A program made the translations under genes and the position numbers. DNA of 64,000 nucleotides from contig JBIPSI010000023.1 in NCBI GenBank assembly GCA_044070495.1, positions 1 through 64,000 of the forward strand, written 5' to 3'. Below are positions 30,562 to 40,830 of this stretch, one piece after another (within the stretch, counting starts at the first letter, position 1; each line of letters starts with the position of its first letter). The stretch is from Spirulina sp. (lineage in GTDB: Bacteria; Cyanobacteriota; Cyanobacteriia; Phormidesmidales; Phormidesmidaceae). The notes under the pieces were generated by a model. It had not been told where the DNA came from. It saw nothing but the letters and a program-made list of their open reading frames with translations, and searched no databases.

Positions 30562-33375
30562 ATGCGTATCCCCCTCGCGACCTACCGACTTCAGTTCAAT
30601 CCTGCCTTTAGCTTCCAGACGGCCCAGCGAATTTTGCCCTATCTCCAGGAATTGGGCGTATCGGATATCTATGCGTCGCCGATTTTCAAGGCGCGTCAGG
30701 GCAGCACCCACGGCTACGACATTGTGGATCCTGCACAGCTTAATCCCGAACTCGGCACCGAGGAGGACTTTATGGCCCTCACGGCAGATCTATCCCAGCG
30801 AGAGATGGGCTGGCTTCAGGACATTGTGCCCAACCACATGGCCTACGACAGCGAAAACCCTTTTCTGGTGGATATTCTGGAGCATGGCCCCCACTCGGAA
30901 TACAGCGACTTTTTTGATGTGGAGTGGGATCACCCCTACGACGATTTCCGAGGCAAGCTGCTGACGCCGCTGTTGGGAGATTTTTACGGGCGCTGCCTAG
31001 AACGAGGCGAACTCAGCCTCGATTACGACGAAGATGGGCTGACCGTGAACTACTACAGCCTGTGGGTGCCCCTGCGCATCGAGTCCTACGCCCGGTTTAT
31101 CACCCATGATATGGATCGCCTAGCCCGCACCCTGGGTCGCAGTCACCCAGACTTTGTCAAGCTGCTGGGCATCCTCTATATGGCCAAAAATATCTCGACG
31201 GAAACCACCGGGCGAGAACGAAAAGACCAGGCGCTATTCATTAAAGAGTTGCTGTGGGAACTGTACAACGGTAGTGAAGAAGTACGGTCTTTTATTCAGC
31301 AGAATTTAGAGATTTTTAACGGTGAAATTGGCGGGCAGGGGGATCGCTACGATTTACTCGACAGTCTGCTGTCGGATCAGTTTTTTCGTCTTTCCTTTTG
31401 GAAGGTAGGAGCCGAAGAACTAAACTATCGCCGTTTTTTCACCGTCAACGAGCTCATTTGTCTGCGCATTGAAGACCTAAAGGTGTTTCAAAAGACCCAT
31501 TCGCTGATTGGTCAGTTGGTGAAAGCGGGTCATATCCACGGACTACGGGTTGATCATTTAGATGGGCTATACAACCCAGAACAATATCTACGGCGGCTAA
31601 GAACTCGTTGTGGCGAAGACCTCTATGTCGTGGTAGAAAAAATTCTAGAGCGGGAGGAAGCCCTTCCGGAGGATTGGCCCATTCAAGGCACCACAGGCTA
31701 CGACTTTTTGAACCAGGTGAATGGCCTATTTTGCCAGCGATCTAACGAACGGACTTTCAACGCTATCTACCGCCGCATGGTAGATCATACCCCCAACTAT
31801 GCCGAGTGGGTAGTGGATCGTAAGCACTTAATTGCCGCCACCAACCTCGTGGGAGATGTGGACAACCTGGGCCATTTGCTGAAGAGTATCGCCGGGAAAT
31901 ATCGCTACGGGCGAGATTTTACCCTTAGCGGTTTACGCAAGGCTATCTTGGAAATGCTGGTGCAGTTTCCGGTCTATTGCACCTACATCAATGAGGACGG
32001 GGTGAGCGACCGGGATCGGGTCTATATTCAGTGGGCTATCTCCCAATCCCACAAACGCATTCCCCAATTAAAAAACGAGCTAGACTTCATCGAAAAGGTG
32101 CTTACCCTTAACTACGAAGACGTGCTCAATGAGGAGGATCAGGCCCAATGGTTGCACTTCACCATGCGCTTTCAGCAGTTTTCTGGGCCGCTGATGGCCA
32201 AGGGATTAGAAGACACCCTGTTCTATGTTTACAATCGGCTAATTTCCCTCAACGAAGTGGGTGGTGATCCCGGCACCTTTGGAGTAACGCTAAAGGAGTT
32301 TCATGCCTTTAACCAGCGACAACTGGCTCAGTGGCCCCATACTCTAAACACCACCTCTACCCACGACACTAAACGCAGCGAAGATGTGCGGTCGAGACTG
32401 AATGTACTATCGGAAATCCCGGAGGAATGGGATCAGCAGGTACGCCGCTGGCAGACCATTAACGATCCCTTCAAACTTGTTACCAAAAAGCGCACAATTC
32501 CCGACCCCAACAACGAATATTTTCTCTATCAAACCCTGGTGGGAGCCTTCCCCTTTGGGGACGATCCCCAGGAGTACAAAAGCTTTGTGGAACGGATCAA
32601 GGCCTACGTGGTAAAAGCGGTTCGAGAGGCTAAGGTTTATACGGCCTGGCTCCGACCCGATACAGAGTACGAAGAGGGCTTTGTGGCCTTTGTGGATCGC
32701 ATCCTCAAAGACAGTGACGATAATGAGTTCTTGGCAGAATTTCGCCCCTTTCAGAAAAAAATTGCTGAGTACGGCATCTACAACTCCCTGTCCCAAACGC
32801 TAATTAAACTCACGGCCCCCGGTGTGCCCGACCTCTACCAAGGCACCGAACTGTGGGACTTTAGCCTGGTCGATCCCGACAACCGCCGCCCGGTAGACTA
32901 CGACGAACGGCTCTCCTTTTTGCAGGAAATTAAACGCCGTTGCCAAACGGATCTCAAAAGCCTGCTCTCTGATCTTAAAACCACCCGCTACGATGGACGG
33001 CTGAAGCTCTTTCTGATCACGCGTACCCTGGCGGCAAGGCGGCAATTTCGGACGGTCTTTGAGATGGGAGACTATCTCCCCATTACCGTGGAAGGAGACC
33101 GATCCAACCACATCGTTGCCTTTGCCAGAACCCATCAAGGTCATACCGCCATCACTGTGGTGCCTCGCTTTTTGGCGGGCTTGATTAGCCCCGACCAAGA
33201 CCCCTGCGGCAAAGTCGTTTGGGGTGATACGGCCCTAGTCTTACCCTCAGAATTCAAAGGCCCCTGGTACGATGCCCTCACCGATGTGAAGCATCGCGAT
33301 CAGGCACGGGTGCCCATTGGCAAGATTTTGCAAATCTTCCCTGTGGCTCTTCTCGTCAATGGGCAGACTGGTTAA
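30562..33375 (+). CDS. treY: Malto-oligosyltrehalose synthase
   Basis: MRIPLATYRLQF, GSTHGYD, DIVPNHM, GLRVDHLDGL, STHDTKRSED. Confidence 0.95.
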   Translation: MRIPLATYRLQFNPAFSFQTAQRILPYLQELGVSDIYASPIFKARQGSTHGYDIVDPAQLNPELGTEEDFMALTADLSQREMGWLQDIVPNHMAYDSENPFLVDILEHGPHSEYSDFFDVEWDHPYDDFRGKLLTPLLGDFYGRCLERGELSLDYDEDGLTVNYYSLWVPLRIESYARFITHDMDRLARTLGRSHPDFVKLLGILYMAKNISTETTGRERKDQALFIKELLWELYNGSEEVRSFIQQNLEIFNGEIGGQGDRYDLLDSLLSDQFFRLSFWKVGAEELNYRRFFTVNELICLRIEDLKVFQKTHSLIGQLVKAGHIHGLRVDHLDGLYNPEQYLRRLRTRCGEDLYVVVEKILEREEALPEDWPIQGTTGYDFLNQVNGLFCQRSNERTFNAIYRRMVDHTPNYAEWVVDRKHLIAATNLVGDVDNLGHLLKSIAGKYRYGRDFTLSGLRKAILEMLVQFPVYCTYINEDGVSDRDRVYIQWAISQSHKRIPQLKNELDFIEKVLTLNYEDVLNEEDQAQWLHFTMRFQQFSGPLMAKGLEDTLFYVYNRLISLNEVGGDPGTFGVTLKEFHAFNQRQLAQWPHTLNTTSTHDTKRSEDVRSRLNVLSEIPEEWDQQVRRWQTINDPFKLVTKKRTIPDPNNEYFLYQTLVGAFPFGDDPQEYKSFVERIKAYVVKAVREAKVYTAWLRPDTEYEEGFVAFVDRILKDSDDNEFLAEFRPFQKKIAEYGIYNSLSQTLIKLTAPGVPDLYQGTELWDFSLVDPDNRRPVDYDERLSFLQEIKRRCQTDLKSLLSDLKTTRYDGRLKLFLITRTLAARRQFRTVFEMGDYLPITVEGDRSNHIVAFARTHQGHTAITVVPRFLAGLISPDQDPCGKVVWGDTALVLPSEFKGPWYDALTDVKHRDQARVPIGKILQIFPVALLVNGQTG

Positions 33376-33408
33376 GCTTTAGGGGTAGGAAATCCTGGCC
33401 TTACCCCT

Positions 33409-35010
33409 GTGACAATCTCTGCTCCTGTGCCTGTCAATGTTCGCACCACTAAAGTTTCCGATGCTGTGCCTAGCAGTGATTTAACCGCCTGGCAAATTCA
33501 CGCCGTTCGTTCTTACATCAAAACCTCCTGGCAAACCCTCTCGCGATCCCTCAGCAACATCCTCGAGGCCGCCCAGGACGAAAAAATTGATCACATCGAG
33601 GGAACCCCTTGGCCCATCTACATTTCGGCCCAGGAAGATCGCTACACCGTAGAAAATGCCTTGCTGGCGGTGCTCAGCCCTGAAGCCTTCGCCCAGATTG
33701 AAATCCGTATCCTGCCCGCCGACTACGACCAAATTACCGATCACGGTCTGTTGTATCTGCCCCACGATTACGTTGTACCCGGTGGTCGCTTCAACGAAAT
33801 GTACGGCTGGGACAGCTACTTCATTGTGCTAGGGCTGCTGCGGGATGGCGAACTGCTGATGGCTAAAAATATGGTGGATCAGTTCATCTATCAGGTGAAG
33901 CACTACGGCACCGTGCTCAACGCCAACCGCACCTACATGCTCAACCGTTCCCAGCCCCCGGTGTTGTCCCTGATGGCTAGGGCCGTGTTTGATCACACCG
34001 GCGATCTGGAGTGGCTACAATCCTTGCTACCCATCCTAGAGCGCTACTACTACTACTGGATGGTGCCGCCCCACCTCAACTCCGCCACCGGACTCTCCCA
34101 CTACCACGCCCTCGGCCATGGCCCCGCCCCCGAAGTGATCGCCTCCGAGCGAGACGAAGCCGGACGAACCCACTACGACCGTGTACGCGAGTATTTTCGG
34201 ATCCATGGCAATGACATCACCGACTACGACGTTAGCCTGTTCTACAACGCCGACACCGACGAACTGACGGATCTGTACTACCAGGGCGACCGCTCCATGC
34301 GCGAAAGTGGCTTCGACATCACCAACCGCTTTGGCCCCTTCAGCGCCGACATCCTCCACTATGCCCCCGTTTGCCTCAACGTGCTGCTCTACCAAATGGA
34401 GCAAGACCTCACTCACTTCTGCCAACTCCTCGACCGCCAGTGGGAAGCCGACATCTGGCAGACCCGCGCCCAGCACCGTCACCAGATCATCGACCACTAC
34501 CTCTGGGACGACGAAGCTGGACTTTACTACGACTACAATGCCCACACCGAACAGCGTCGCCCCTACGACTTTGTCACCACCTTCATGCCCCTCTGGGCCG
34601 GACTGGCTTCTCCTTACCAAGCCCTGCGGGTGGTCGATAACCTCTACAAATTTGAGGCTCCGGGCGGGCTTGTCACCAGCACCCACGTCTCTGGAAACCA
34701 GTGGGACGCCCCCTTTGGCTGGGCACCGCTGCAATGGTTCGCCATTCAAGGGCTGATCAACACGGGCTATACAACCGAAGCCCGCCGCATTGCTCTACGG
34801 TTTGTGCAACTGGCGGTGAAGGAGTTTGAAAAAAGCGGCACCCTCGTCGAAAAATACGACGTAGAACGCTGCTCCGCCAACGTCTCCGACGATATCCAGT
34901 TTGGCTATAGCTCCAACGAAATCGGCTTCGGCTGGACTAACGGCGTCGTCTCCGAATTTCTCAGCCTGCTAGAAGATCGCCCCCAATCCCTGACAGACCA
35001 GGCCGCTTAG
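33409..35010 (+). CDS. treH: Trehalase (GH37)
   Basis: VPGGRFNEMYGWDSYF, RSQPP, RESGFD, QWDAPFGWAP, GFGWTNG. Confidence 0.93.
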   Translation: MTISAPVPVNVRTTKVSDAVPSSDLTAWQIHAVRSYIKTSWQTLSRSLSNILEAAQDEKIDHIEGTPWPIYISAQEDRYTVENALLAVLSPEAFAQIEIRILPADYDQITDHGLLYLPHDYVVPGGRFNEMYGWDSYFIVLGLLRDGELLMAKNMVDQFIYQVKHYGTVLNANRTYMLNRSQPPVLSLMARAVFDHTGDLEWLQSLLPILERYYYYWMVPPHLNSATGLSHYHALGHGPAPEVIASERDEAGRTHYDRVREYFRIHGNDITDYDVSLFYNADTDELTDLYYQGDRSMRESGFDITNRFGPFSADILHYAPVCLNVLLYQMEQDLTHFCQLLDRQWEADIWQTRAQHRHQIIDHYLWDDEAGLYYDYNAHTEQRRPYDFVTTFMPLWAGLASPYQALRVVDNLYKFEAPGGLVTSTHVSGNQWDAPFGWAPLQWFAIQGLINTGYTTEARRIALRFVQLAVKEFEKSGTLVEKYDVERCSANVSDDIQFGYSSNEIGFGWTNGVVSEFLSLLEDRPQSLTDQAA

Positions 35011-35087
35011 GCAAGATTTGACGGTCAAAGTAAGTCACCCCCCAGTCCCACGGACTCCTCACCCCCGCCCACCCTGGCTCAGCCCAC

Positions 35088-35307
35088 GGGTGAGGCAGCC
35101 CCAGGATCCTGCACCACCAGACGGGGCAAAAAACGCCTCAATCTCCGATTCCCCCCTTTGATTTGGGTGGCGGTTGTTGTGAAACAGGATGCACCGCCGA
35201 AGCCACCGCCTGTAGGTCTGCTCCGTGTGGTAAGAATAGTGCTTTAGCCGAATGGCAGCCCACCCTTGGTCAAGCCGTCGCCTAGGCAGAGAAGCCGATG
35301 CAGCCAT
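35088..35307 (-). pseudogene. intI: Integron integrase IntI, N-terminal remnant with frameshift
   Basis: RLDQ..AAIRLKHYSYHTEQTY..W.RR.ILFHN.RHP...GE.EIEAF; removing one base from the A6 run (35128-35133) continues as LPRLVVQDPGAASP, similar to IntI LTHLAV..xVAAST; catalytic domain absent. Confidence 0.85.
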
Positions 35308-35424
35308 GGGTAATTCTGCACTAACAGAAAGGACATCTTAAATTACAGAACATCTAGAGTACTGGTTGACTGACAAAACTAATCGGCAGCGTAGCTGTAC
35401 GTGTGTATTTTGAACTCGATGGCG

Positions 35425-35444
35425 AAATGAACATGGAGTTAACC
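35425..35444 (+). mobile_element. Candidate empty attI site
   Basis: AAC-ATGGA-GTT(AAC) about 130 bp upstream of intI on the opposite strand, the expected attI position; sequence match is weak. Confidence 0.3.
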
Positions 35445-35453
35445 CTACGGGCG

Positions 35454-36482
35454 TTACACCATTTGCCAGGTTAGTTCCTCCCCGGCCCATAGGGGTACAA
35501 GTCCTGCATCGAGAAATGGCAATTCATCGGGAATTCGCCACGTTGTTTTGGTTAATGTGATAGGTTCTGTATTGCGTGGAAGCTGATAAAAGTCGGGGCC
35601 ATGGAAGCTGGCAAAGGCTTCGAGTTTATCGAGGGCATCAACGCTTTCAAAGGCTTCTGCGTATAGCGCCATGGCGTGCAAAGCCGAATAGCAACCCGCA
35701 CAGCTGCAGTCGCTCTCTTTACTATTTCGAGCATGGGGAGCGCTGTCGGTACCTAGAAAAAACTTCGGGTTGCCAGAGGTTGCGGCCTTTAAAAGTGCCC
35801 GTCGATGATCTTCGCGCTTTAGAATGGGCAGGCAATAAAAATGGGGACGAAGACCACCTTTGAATAAACTATTTCGGCTAAACAATAAATGTTGAGGCGT
35901 AATGGTTGCGGCAACATTATCGGCAGATAAAACGAACTGAACGGCATCTGAGGTGGTAATGTGCTCCAGCACGATACGCAACTTTGGAAATTGTGCTGTC
36001 AGCGGGACTAAGTATTTCTCAATAAAGACTTTCTCGCGATCAAATATATCAATATGACTATCCGTAACTTCTCCGTGAAGTAGAAGCGGCAGGTCTACCT
36101 GCTGCATCGCTTCAAAGACAGGATAACAACGGCGAATATCCGTGACACCGAGGTCTGAGTTGGTGGTTGCACCGGCGGGATAGTACTTGACGGCTTTGAC
36201 AAACTGGGAGTCTTTGGCCGCCAGAATCTCCTCAGGGCTGGTGTTGTCCGTGAGGTAAAGCGTCATTAGCGGCTCGAATTGTCGGCCCGCTGGGATGGCA
36301 GCGATGATGCGATCTCGGTAGGCCGCTGCCTCGGCGACGGAGCGGACTGGGGGCTTTAGGTTTGGCATGACGATGGCGCGGGCAAACTGACGTACCGTAT
36401 GGGGCAGAACGGCTTTAAGGGCTGCACCATCGCGTAGATGCAGGTGCCAGTCGTCGGGGCGAGTAATGGTGAGCTTTTGCAT
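35454..36482 (-). CDS. pyrC: Dihydroorotase (homodimeric, E. coli type)
   Basis: [35 protein letters not shown]. Confidence 0.97.
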   Translation of the reverse strand: MQKLTITRPDDWHLHLRDGAALKAVLPHTVRQFARAIVMPNLKPPVRSVAEAAAYRDRIIAAIPAGRQFEPLMTLYLTDNTSPEEILAAKDSQFVKAVKYYPAGATTNSDLGVTDIRRCYPVFEAMQQVDLPLLLHGEVTDSHIDIFDREKVFIEKYLVPLTAQFPKLRIVLEHITTSDAVQFVLSADNVAATITPQHLLFSRNSLFKGGLRPHFYCLPILKREDHRRALLKAATSGNPKFFLGTDSAPHARNSKESDCSCAGCYSALHAMALYAEAFESVDALDKLEAFASFHGPDFYQLPRNTEPITLTKTTWRIPDELPFLDAGLVPLWAGEELTWQMV

Positions 36483-36576
36483 AGTCCAGTCCTAAAACAG
36501 TGGGCGATGGGGTGAGCGAGGTTCGCCTGCGCTCACCCCTGAGGGCATCGGCGGATGTTGCATAGTGGCGGGACGG

Positions 36577-37047
36577 CTAGACGGGATCGCAGCGGATTTC
36601 TACCATAAAGCCATCTGGGTCATAGAAGTACACCCCGCGTCCGGTGGGTCGGCTGACGGGGCCATGGGCGATGGCAATGTGGTGTTGCTGCAAAATCGCC
36701 AGGGCGTGATCAAAGTGATCCGGGGCGATGTCGAAGGCGAGGTGGTAGGCGCGGGTGAAGGATTGCTCTGGGTCGGGGTGGGGCGGGTCTAAATCTGGCG
36801 CGTAGAACAGGTCGAGGATGAGGCCATCGGGCAACACAAAGTTCGCGACTTGGCCAGAGGCCACCAGATTCTTAAGGGTGTCGTCTACCTCGTCGCCCGT
36901 GAGTTCACGCAGCCCTAGCAGCCCACCATAGAACTGGCGGGAAGCTTCCATATCCTTCACATTCAAGGCGAGGTGGTGTATCCGCCGCAGTTGTCCCGGT
37001 TGCAGGGCGGTAGGGGCGGCATTGGTGTTGGCGGTATTGGCGATCAT
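36577..37047 (-). CDS. VOC/glyoxalase family protein
   Basis: IHHLALNV, HLAF, YFYDPDG..VE; ATGA overlap with the upstream ABC gene. Confidence 0.9.
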   Translation of the reverse strand: MIANTANTNAAPTALQPGQLRRIHHLALNVKDMEASRQFYGGLLGLRELTGDEVDDTLKNLVASGQVANFVLPDGLILDLFYAPDLDPPHPDPEQSFTRAYHLAFDIAPDHFDHALAILQQHHIAIAHGPVSRPTGRGVYFYDPDGFMVEIRCDPV

Positions 37048-37772
37048 GGGGTGCTCCCAATGGTGGTGAATGAGGTGAGGTCGGCGGGTCGGAGGTGATC
37101 GTTCATCACTTCGCCATCTTTGAACCAAATGATCCGCTGGCTGGTGCGGGCCACATCGGGTTCGTGGGTCACCATCACCACGGTCATGCCGCTGGTGTGG
37201 AGTTCAGCGAAGATCTTCAGCACCTCTTCGGTGGTGTGGGTATCGAGCGCTCCGGTGGGTTCGTCAGCCAAAAGCAGGAGAGGGCGATTGACGATGGCGC
37301 GGGCAATGGCAACCCGCTGCTGCTGTCCCCCCGATAGCTGGTTAGGACGATTGTTGACCCGGTTCCCTAGCCCCACCTGTTCTAGGGCGGTGATGGCCCG
37401 CTGCTGCCGTTCTGCCTTGGTCACCCCGGCATAGACCATGGGAAGCTCCACATTTTCCCTCGCCGTAAGCTGGGACAGCAGATGAAACTGCTGGAAGACA
37501 AATCCAATCTTTTGGTTGCGGATGTGGGCGAGGTCGGTATCGGCCAGGGTGGCCACATTCTGCTGATCAAAGTAGTAGTCGCCAGCGGTGGGCCGATCTA
37601 GACAGCCAATCATATTCATGGCCGTGGATTTGCCTGACCCCGATGGCCCCATGATGGCGCAGTACTCCCCTGGGTAGATGGCGAGGTTGACGTTCCACAG
37701 GGCACGAACTTCGGTGTTGCCCTCACCGTAGACCTTTTGCAAATTGCGGAACTCAATCAAAGGCGTTGGCAT
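37044..37772 (-). CDS. ABC transporter ATP-binding protein (LolD/MacB type)
   Basis: GPSGSGKST, GFVFQQFHL, LSGGQQQRVAIAR, ADEPTGALD. Confidence 0.93.
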   Translation of the reverse strand: MPTPLIEFRNLQKVYGEGNTEVRALWNVNLAIYPGEYCAIMGPSGSGKSTAMNMIGCLDRPTAGDYYFDQQNVATLADTDLAHIRNQKIGFVFQQFHLLSQLTARENVELPMVYAGVTKAERQQRAITALEQVGLGNRVNNRPNQLSGGQQQRVAIARAIVNRPLLLLADEPTGALDTHTTEEVLKIFAELHTSGMTVVMVTHEPDVARTSQRIIWFKDGEVMNDHLRPADLTSFTTIGSTP

Positions 37773-37868
37773 GACCACAGGGTGACTCAAGACGATCCTA
37801 ATCCATCCTAACCAACACGCCTATGGTCATCGCCTCTGGACTCCGTTGAAAAATAGCGCCATAAGCCA

Positions 37869-37901
37869 AGATCCCAGGGTTCTTCAAGAACCCTGGGATC
37901 T
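37869..37901. repeat. Perfect palindromic short dispersed repeat
   Basis: AGATCCCAGGGTTCTT-C-AAGAACCCTGGGATCT. Confidence 0.7.
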
Positions 37902-37936
37902 GAATTTCTGGGTAACCCTAGGTTTCTAAGGAAGAC

Positions 37937-40141
37937 CTAACCCAGCAGCGCCTTGGCGCGGGCCACAAAGTTTTCAGCGGTGAGACCATTGAGAGCCATC
38001 ACTTGCCCTGCGGTGGCGGTGGTTTCGCCGCGCTTCCAGGCGAAGGTGTCGCGGGGGGCGGTGCTGCGGAGCATGATGGGTTCCAACATGGCGCTGGAAC
38101 CACCCGTCACGCCAATCACCACATCGCCGCCAAACAGCCGCTCGAATCCGGCATCATCCAGGAAGTTGCTATCGGGTTCCGAGCACAGATCCCAGGCGAC
38201 ATCGGTGGGGCGATAGAGCTGACGGGGGCTGACCACAGAGACAATCCGGCTACCGATACCTGCGCTGGCCAGTTGTTCAGCGGCCTCGAAGACGGGAATC
38301 AGGGTCATGTCGCCGATCACCGCAAACACCACGGTTTTGTCCCCAGGGGTGGAGGCCAGTTCCACCGCGCCCTCGGCCAGGGCTTGGCGGGTTTGCTCGA
38401 AGCTGGTGCGAATGGGCAGGGGCGACTTGCTGGCGGTGATGGTGACGCCCTTGTTGACGGTGCCCAAGGCCCAGTCGTAGCAGACCTGGATGCCGTTGGC
38501 GTCGGTGGGGAAGAGGGGAAACACGTTGCCGTTGCGCATCATGCCCGCGAAGTAGTTTTCAATTTCCGGGCGCTGGTGGGTCCAGCCGTTGCGGCCCTGC
38601 TCCAAGGCTCCCGCCGTAAACAGGGTGATGGTGGAGGGGGTGGCGCGACGCAGCTCGGCCATCGCCTGGGTGACGGTTTGCCAAATGGGCAGGCCGTTGA
38701 TGGCGAAGGATTCGTAGGAACACCAAAGGGTGCGGCCTCCGAATAGCGCCTGGGCGGCGGCAAGTCCCGCACAGGCATCTTCGCTGAGGGGTTCGTAGAC
38801 CTGGCCCTGGGGCTGCTGGAAGTAGGTGGCGTCGGTGGTGGGGTGGATGATCTTCAGGGCTTGGTTGATGTTGTTGATGCCGGAAGCGGCGTTGCCGTCG
38901 GCATTGGTGACCACAAAATGAGGATCCTGCTGACCCACGTAGCCCACCAGGGCACCCATGGCGGTGGTGGCCACCTGCTTATCGCCGCCCACGGGGAACT
39001 CGTTCAGGGGTAAGGTGCCTAGATCCGCTAAGGGCAGTTCTTTTTCGGTGACGGCCACCTGGGCCGCAGGGCCACCCGCCGCCCGTTCGTAGTTGGTGCG
39101 CACCAAGGCCCAAGCATCGGGGTGCAGGGCGCGATTGGTCAGGGCCGTCACGATATAATCCCGCTCTAGGGAATCGCCGGGATAGAGGTTGTGGGACTGG
39201 GCACCGCGCTTGTGAACCCCTGCGCCCTTGAGTTGCTTCACAATCAGCACCGTCAACGTGCCGCCCAGGGCGAGTTTGGCGGCTTTGTCCGTAGCTTCGA
39301 GGACGGCCTGGGTGAAGGCGAACCGCTGGGGGAAGGAGAAGGCGGTGCTATCGACATAATCCCCAGGCTGGTTGGCATCGTCAAAATCCTTGGCATCCAC
39401 CAGGATTACCTCCTGGAAGCCGTTGCCGCGCCAGTAGTCGATCATGGCCTGGTTGCTCTTGGTGGAGACCATGCTGTGGTGCTCCTGGCTGTAGCCGTTC
39501 CACACCAGGATGGGGAGGAAGTTGGTGGCGCTGGGGTAGGCGGTATTGAAGTGGCCGATGCTGCTCATGATGTAGGGTTCGCCCAGGCCACCATCGCCGA
39601 TGGTGACGGGAAACAGCACACCGGGATGCAGCTTGGCCCCGGCCATAGCGAAGTGCTGCCCCTGACCGAGGGGGCCAGCGGGGGCGAGGAGTCCCGGAAT
39701 TTGGCCCGACAGGTGGCCCAGCAATCCGTGGGTTTCCCGGAAGCGGTCGCATAGGTCTTGGACGGTGTTGATGCCCATGGCCTCTAGAGAGCCATCCAAA
39801 AACACGTTGCTATAGAAGCCCGGAGCATGGTGGCCCACTTCGGTGACGATATTTTTGTGACCCAGCATCACTAGGGAGGCGATGGCTTCGGCAATGCTGG
39901 CAAAGCCGCCGGGATGGCCCGACTGCTTGCTGGCGGTCATTTGCAGCGTCAGATAGCGCAGGGCATCGGCGGCCAGCAGGGTTTGGTAGACGGCAGCGGG
40001 GTCGCTGGGGGAGGCGATGGCGGGTTGCCCTGGGGCAATGGCAGCCTCTTGGCCATGGGCCGCAAAGTCTGGGGGCAGTTCCCCAAAGTGCTTTACTCCC
40101 TCGCAAAACGCCGGAACCGATTGGGTGCTAACCGCCGTCAT
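37937..40141 (-). CDS. Phosphoketolase/transketolase-like TPP enzyme
   Basis: SGHPGG, GHHAPG, GPLGQG, GDGG, SYESF, NGWTHQ. Confidence 0.85.
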   Translation of the reverse strand: MTAVSTQSVPAFCEGVKHFGELPPDFAAHGQEAAIAPGQPAIASPSDPAAVYQTLLAADALRYLTLQMTASKQSGHPGGFASIAEAIASLVMLGHKNIVTEVGHHAPGFYSNVFLDGSLEAMGINTVQDLCDRFRETHGLLGHLSGQIPGLLAPAGPLGQGQHFAMAGAKLHPGVLFPVTIGDGGLGEPYIMSSIGHFNTAYPSATNFLPILVWNGYSQEHHSMVSTKSNQAMIDYWRGNGFQEVILVDAKDFDDANQPGDYVDSTAFSFPQRFAFTQAVLEATDKAAKLALGGTLTVLIVKQLKGAGVHKRGAQSHNLYPGDSLERDYIVTALTNRALHPDAWALVRTNYERAAGGPAAQVAVTEKELPLADLGTLPLNEFPVGGDKQVATTAMGALVGYVGQQDPHFVVTNADGNAASGINNINQALKIIHPTTDATYFQQPQGQVYEPLSEDACAGLAAAQALFGGRTLWCSYESFAINGLPIWQTVTQAMAELRRATPSTITLFTAGALEQGRNGWTHQRPEIENYFAGMMRNGNVFPLFPTDANGIQVCYDWALGTVNKGVTITASKSPLPIRTSFEQTRQALAEGAVELASTPGDKTVVFAVIGDMTLIPVFEAAEQLASAGIGSRIVSVVSPRQLYRPTDVAWDLCSEPDSNFLDDAGFERLFGGDVVIGVTGGSSAMLEPIMLRSTAPRDTFAWKRGETTATAGQVMALNGLTAENFVARAKALLG

Positions 40142-40433
40142 ACTCAAACCCCCTAACTCGCATCAAAATAGGCAAAAACGTTCATTCCTGGGCTAATCCT
40201 GACCATAGGAGCATTGGTTAAGCGCCCTGGTCACTGTATACAATCAGCCAAGATCTGTTTACCATCCTACACAGCGACGGGTAGCCCTAGATCGAAAAGC
40301 TTGGTTTCATAAGATAGAAATCCCGTTGATGGGGGATTAGGTATCGCTATGGCATGCATTCGGTATAAGGGCAGGGGCATCGGTTCGAGCCTGCGCACAG
40401 CACAGGTTGCAGCCGTAAGCTAAGGGGCAAACG

Positions 40434-40751
40434 CTAGGGCTCAATTTCAGACTTCATGCGGTCGAGGGTTTGCTGCATCTGCTGGAACATGGCGTCGGGG
40501 GTCATGCCAAATTGCCCAAGCTGGGTTTTCAGTTGTTCGATGGTCATTTTGGCCGTGAAGTCTTCGGACAACTCGAACCGCTTCATGAAGATGTGGTAAC
40601 GATCCATCATCGCTTCCATCTGTTCGATGAACATTTTTTTGCCTTCGCGGTCAAACTTGCCGTAGTTGCTGCCCAACTGCGTCAGCGACTGGTAGTCCTG
40701 GAACAGTTGCATGGCTTCCTGTTGGATGATTTCAGAATCAAAAAATCCCAT
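40434..40751 (-). CDS. DUF1825 family protein
   Basis: MGFFDSEIIQQEA, FDREGK, KRFELSEDF. Confidence 0.85.
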   Translation of the reverse strand: MGFFDSEIIQQEAMQLFQDYQSLTQLGSNYGKFDREGKKMFIEQMEAMMDRYHIFMKRFELSEDFTAKMTIEQLKTQLGQFGMTPDAMFQQMQQTLDRMKSEIEP

Positions 40752-40830
40752 GGTTTGGCGGTGACTAACAAAAGACCTTATCCCTACGATCCTAGGGGTG
40801 AGACTGAGCCTTGGCCAAGGTGAGATAACC

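Noticed and set aside
35347..35363. LexA box upstream of intI (AGAAC...GTACT)
   Set aside because: Half-sites are 7 nt apart rather than the 4 nt of the cyanobacterial consensus; it could be a disrupted site but cannot be supported.
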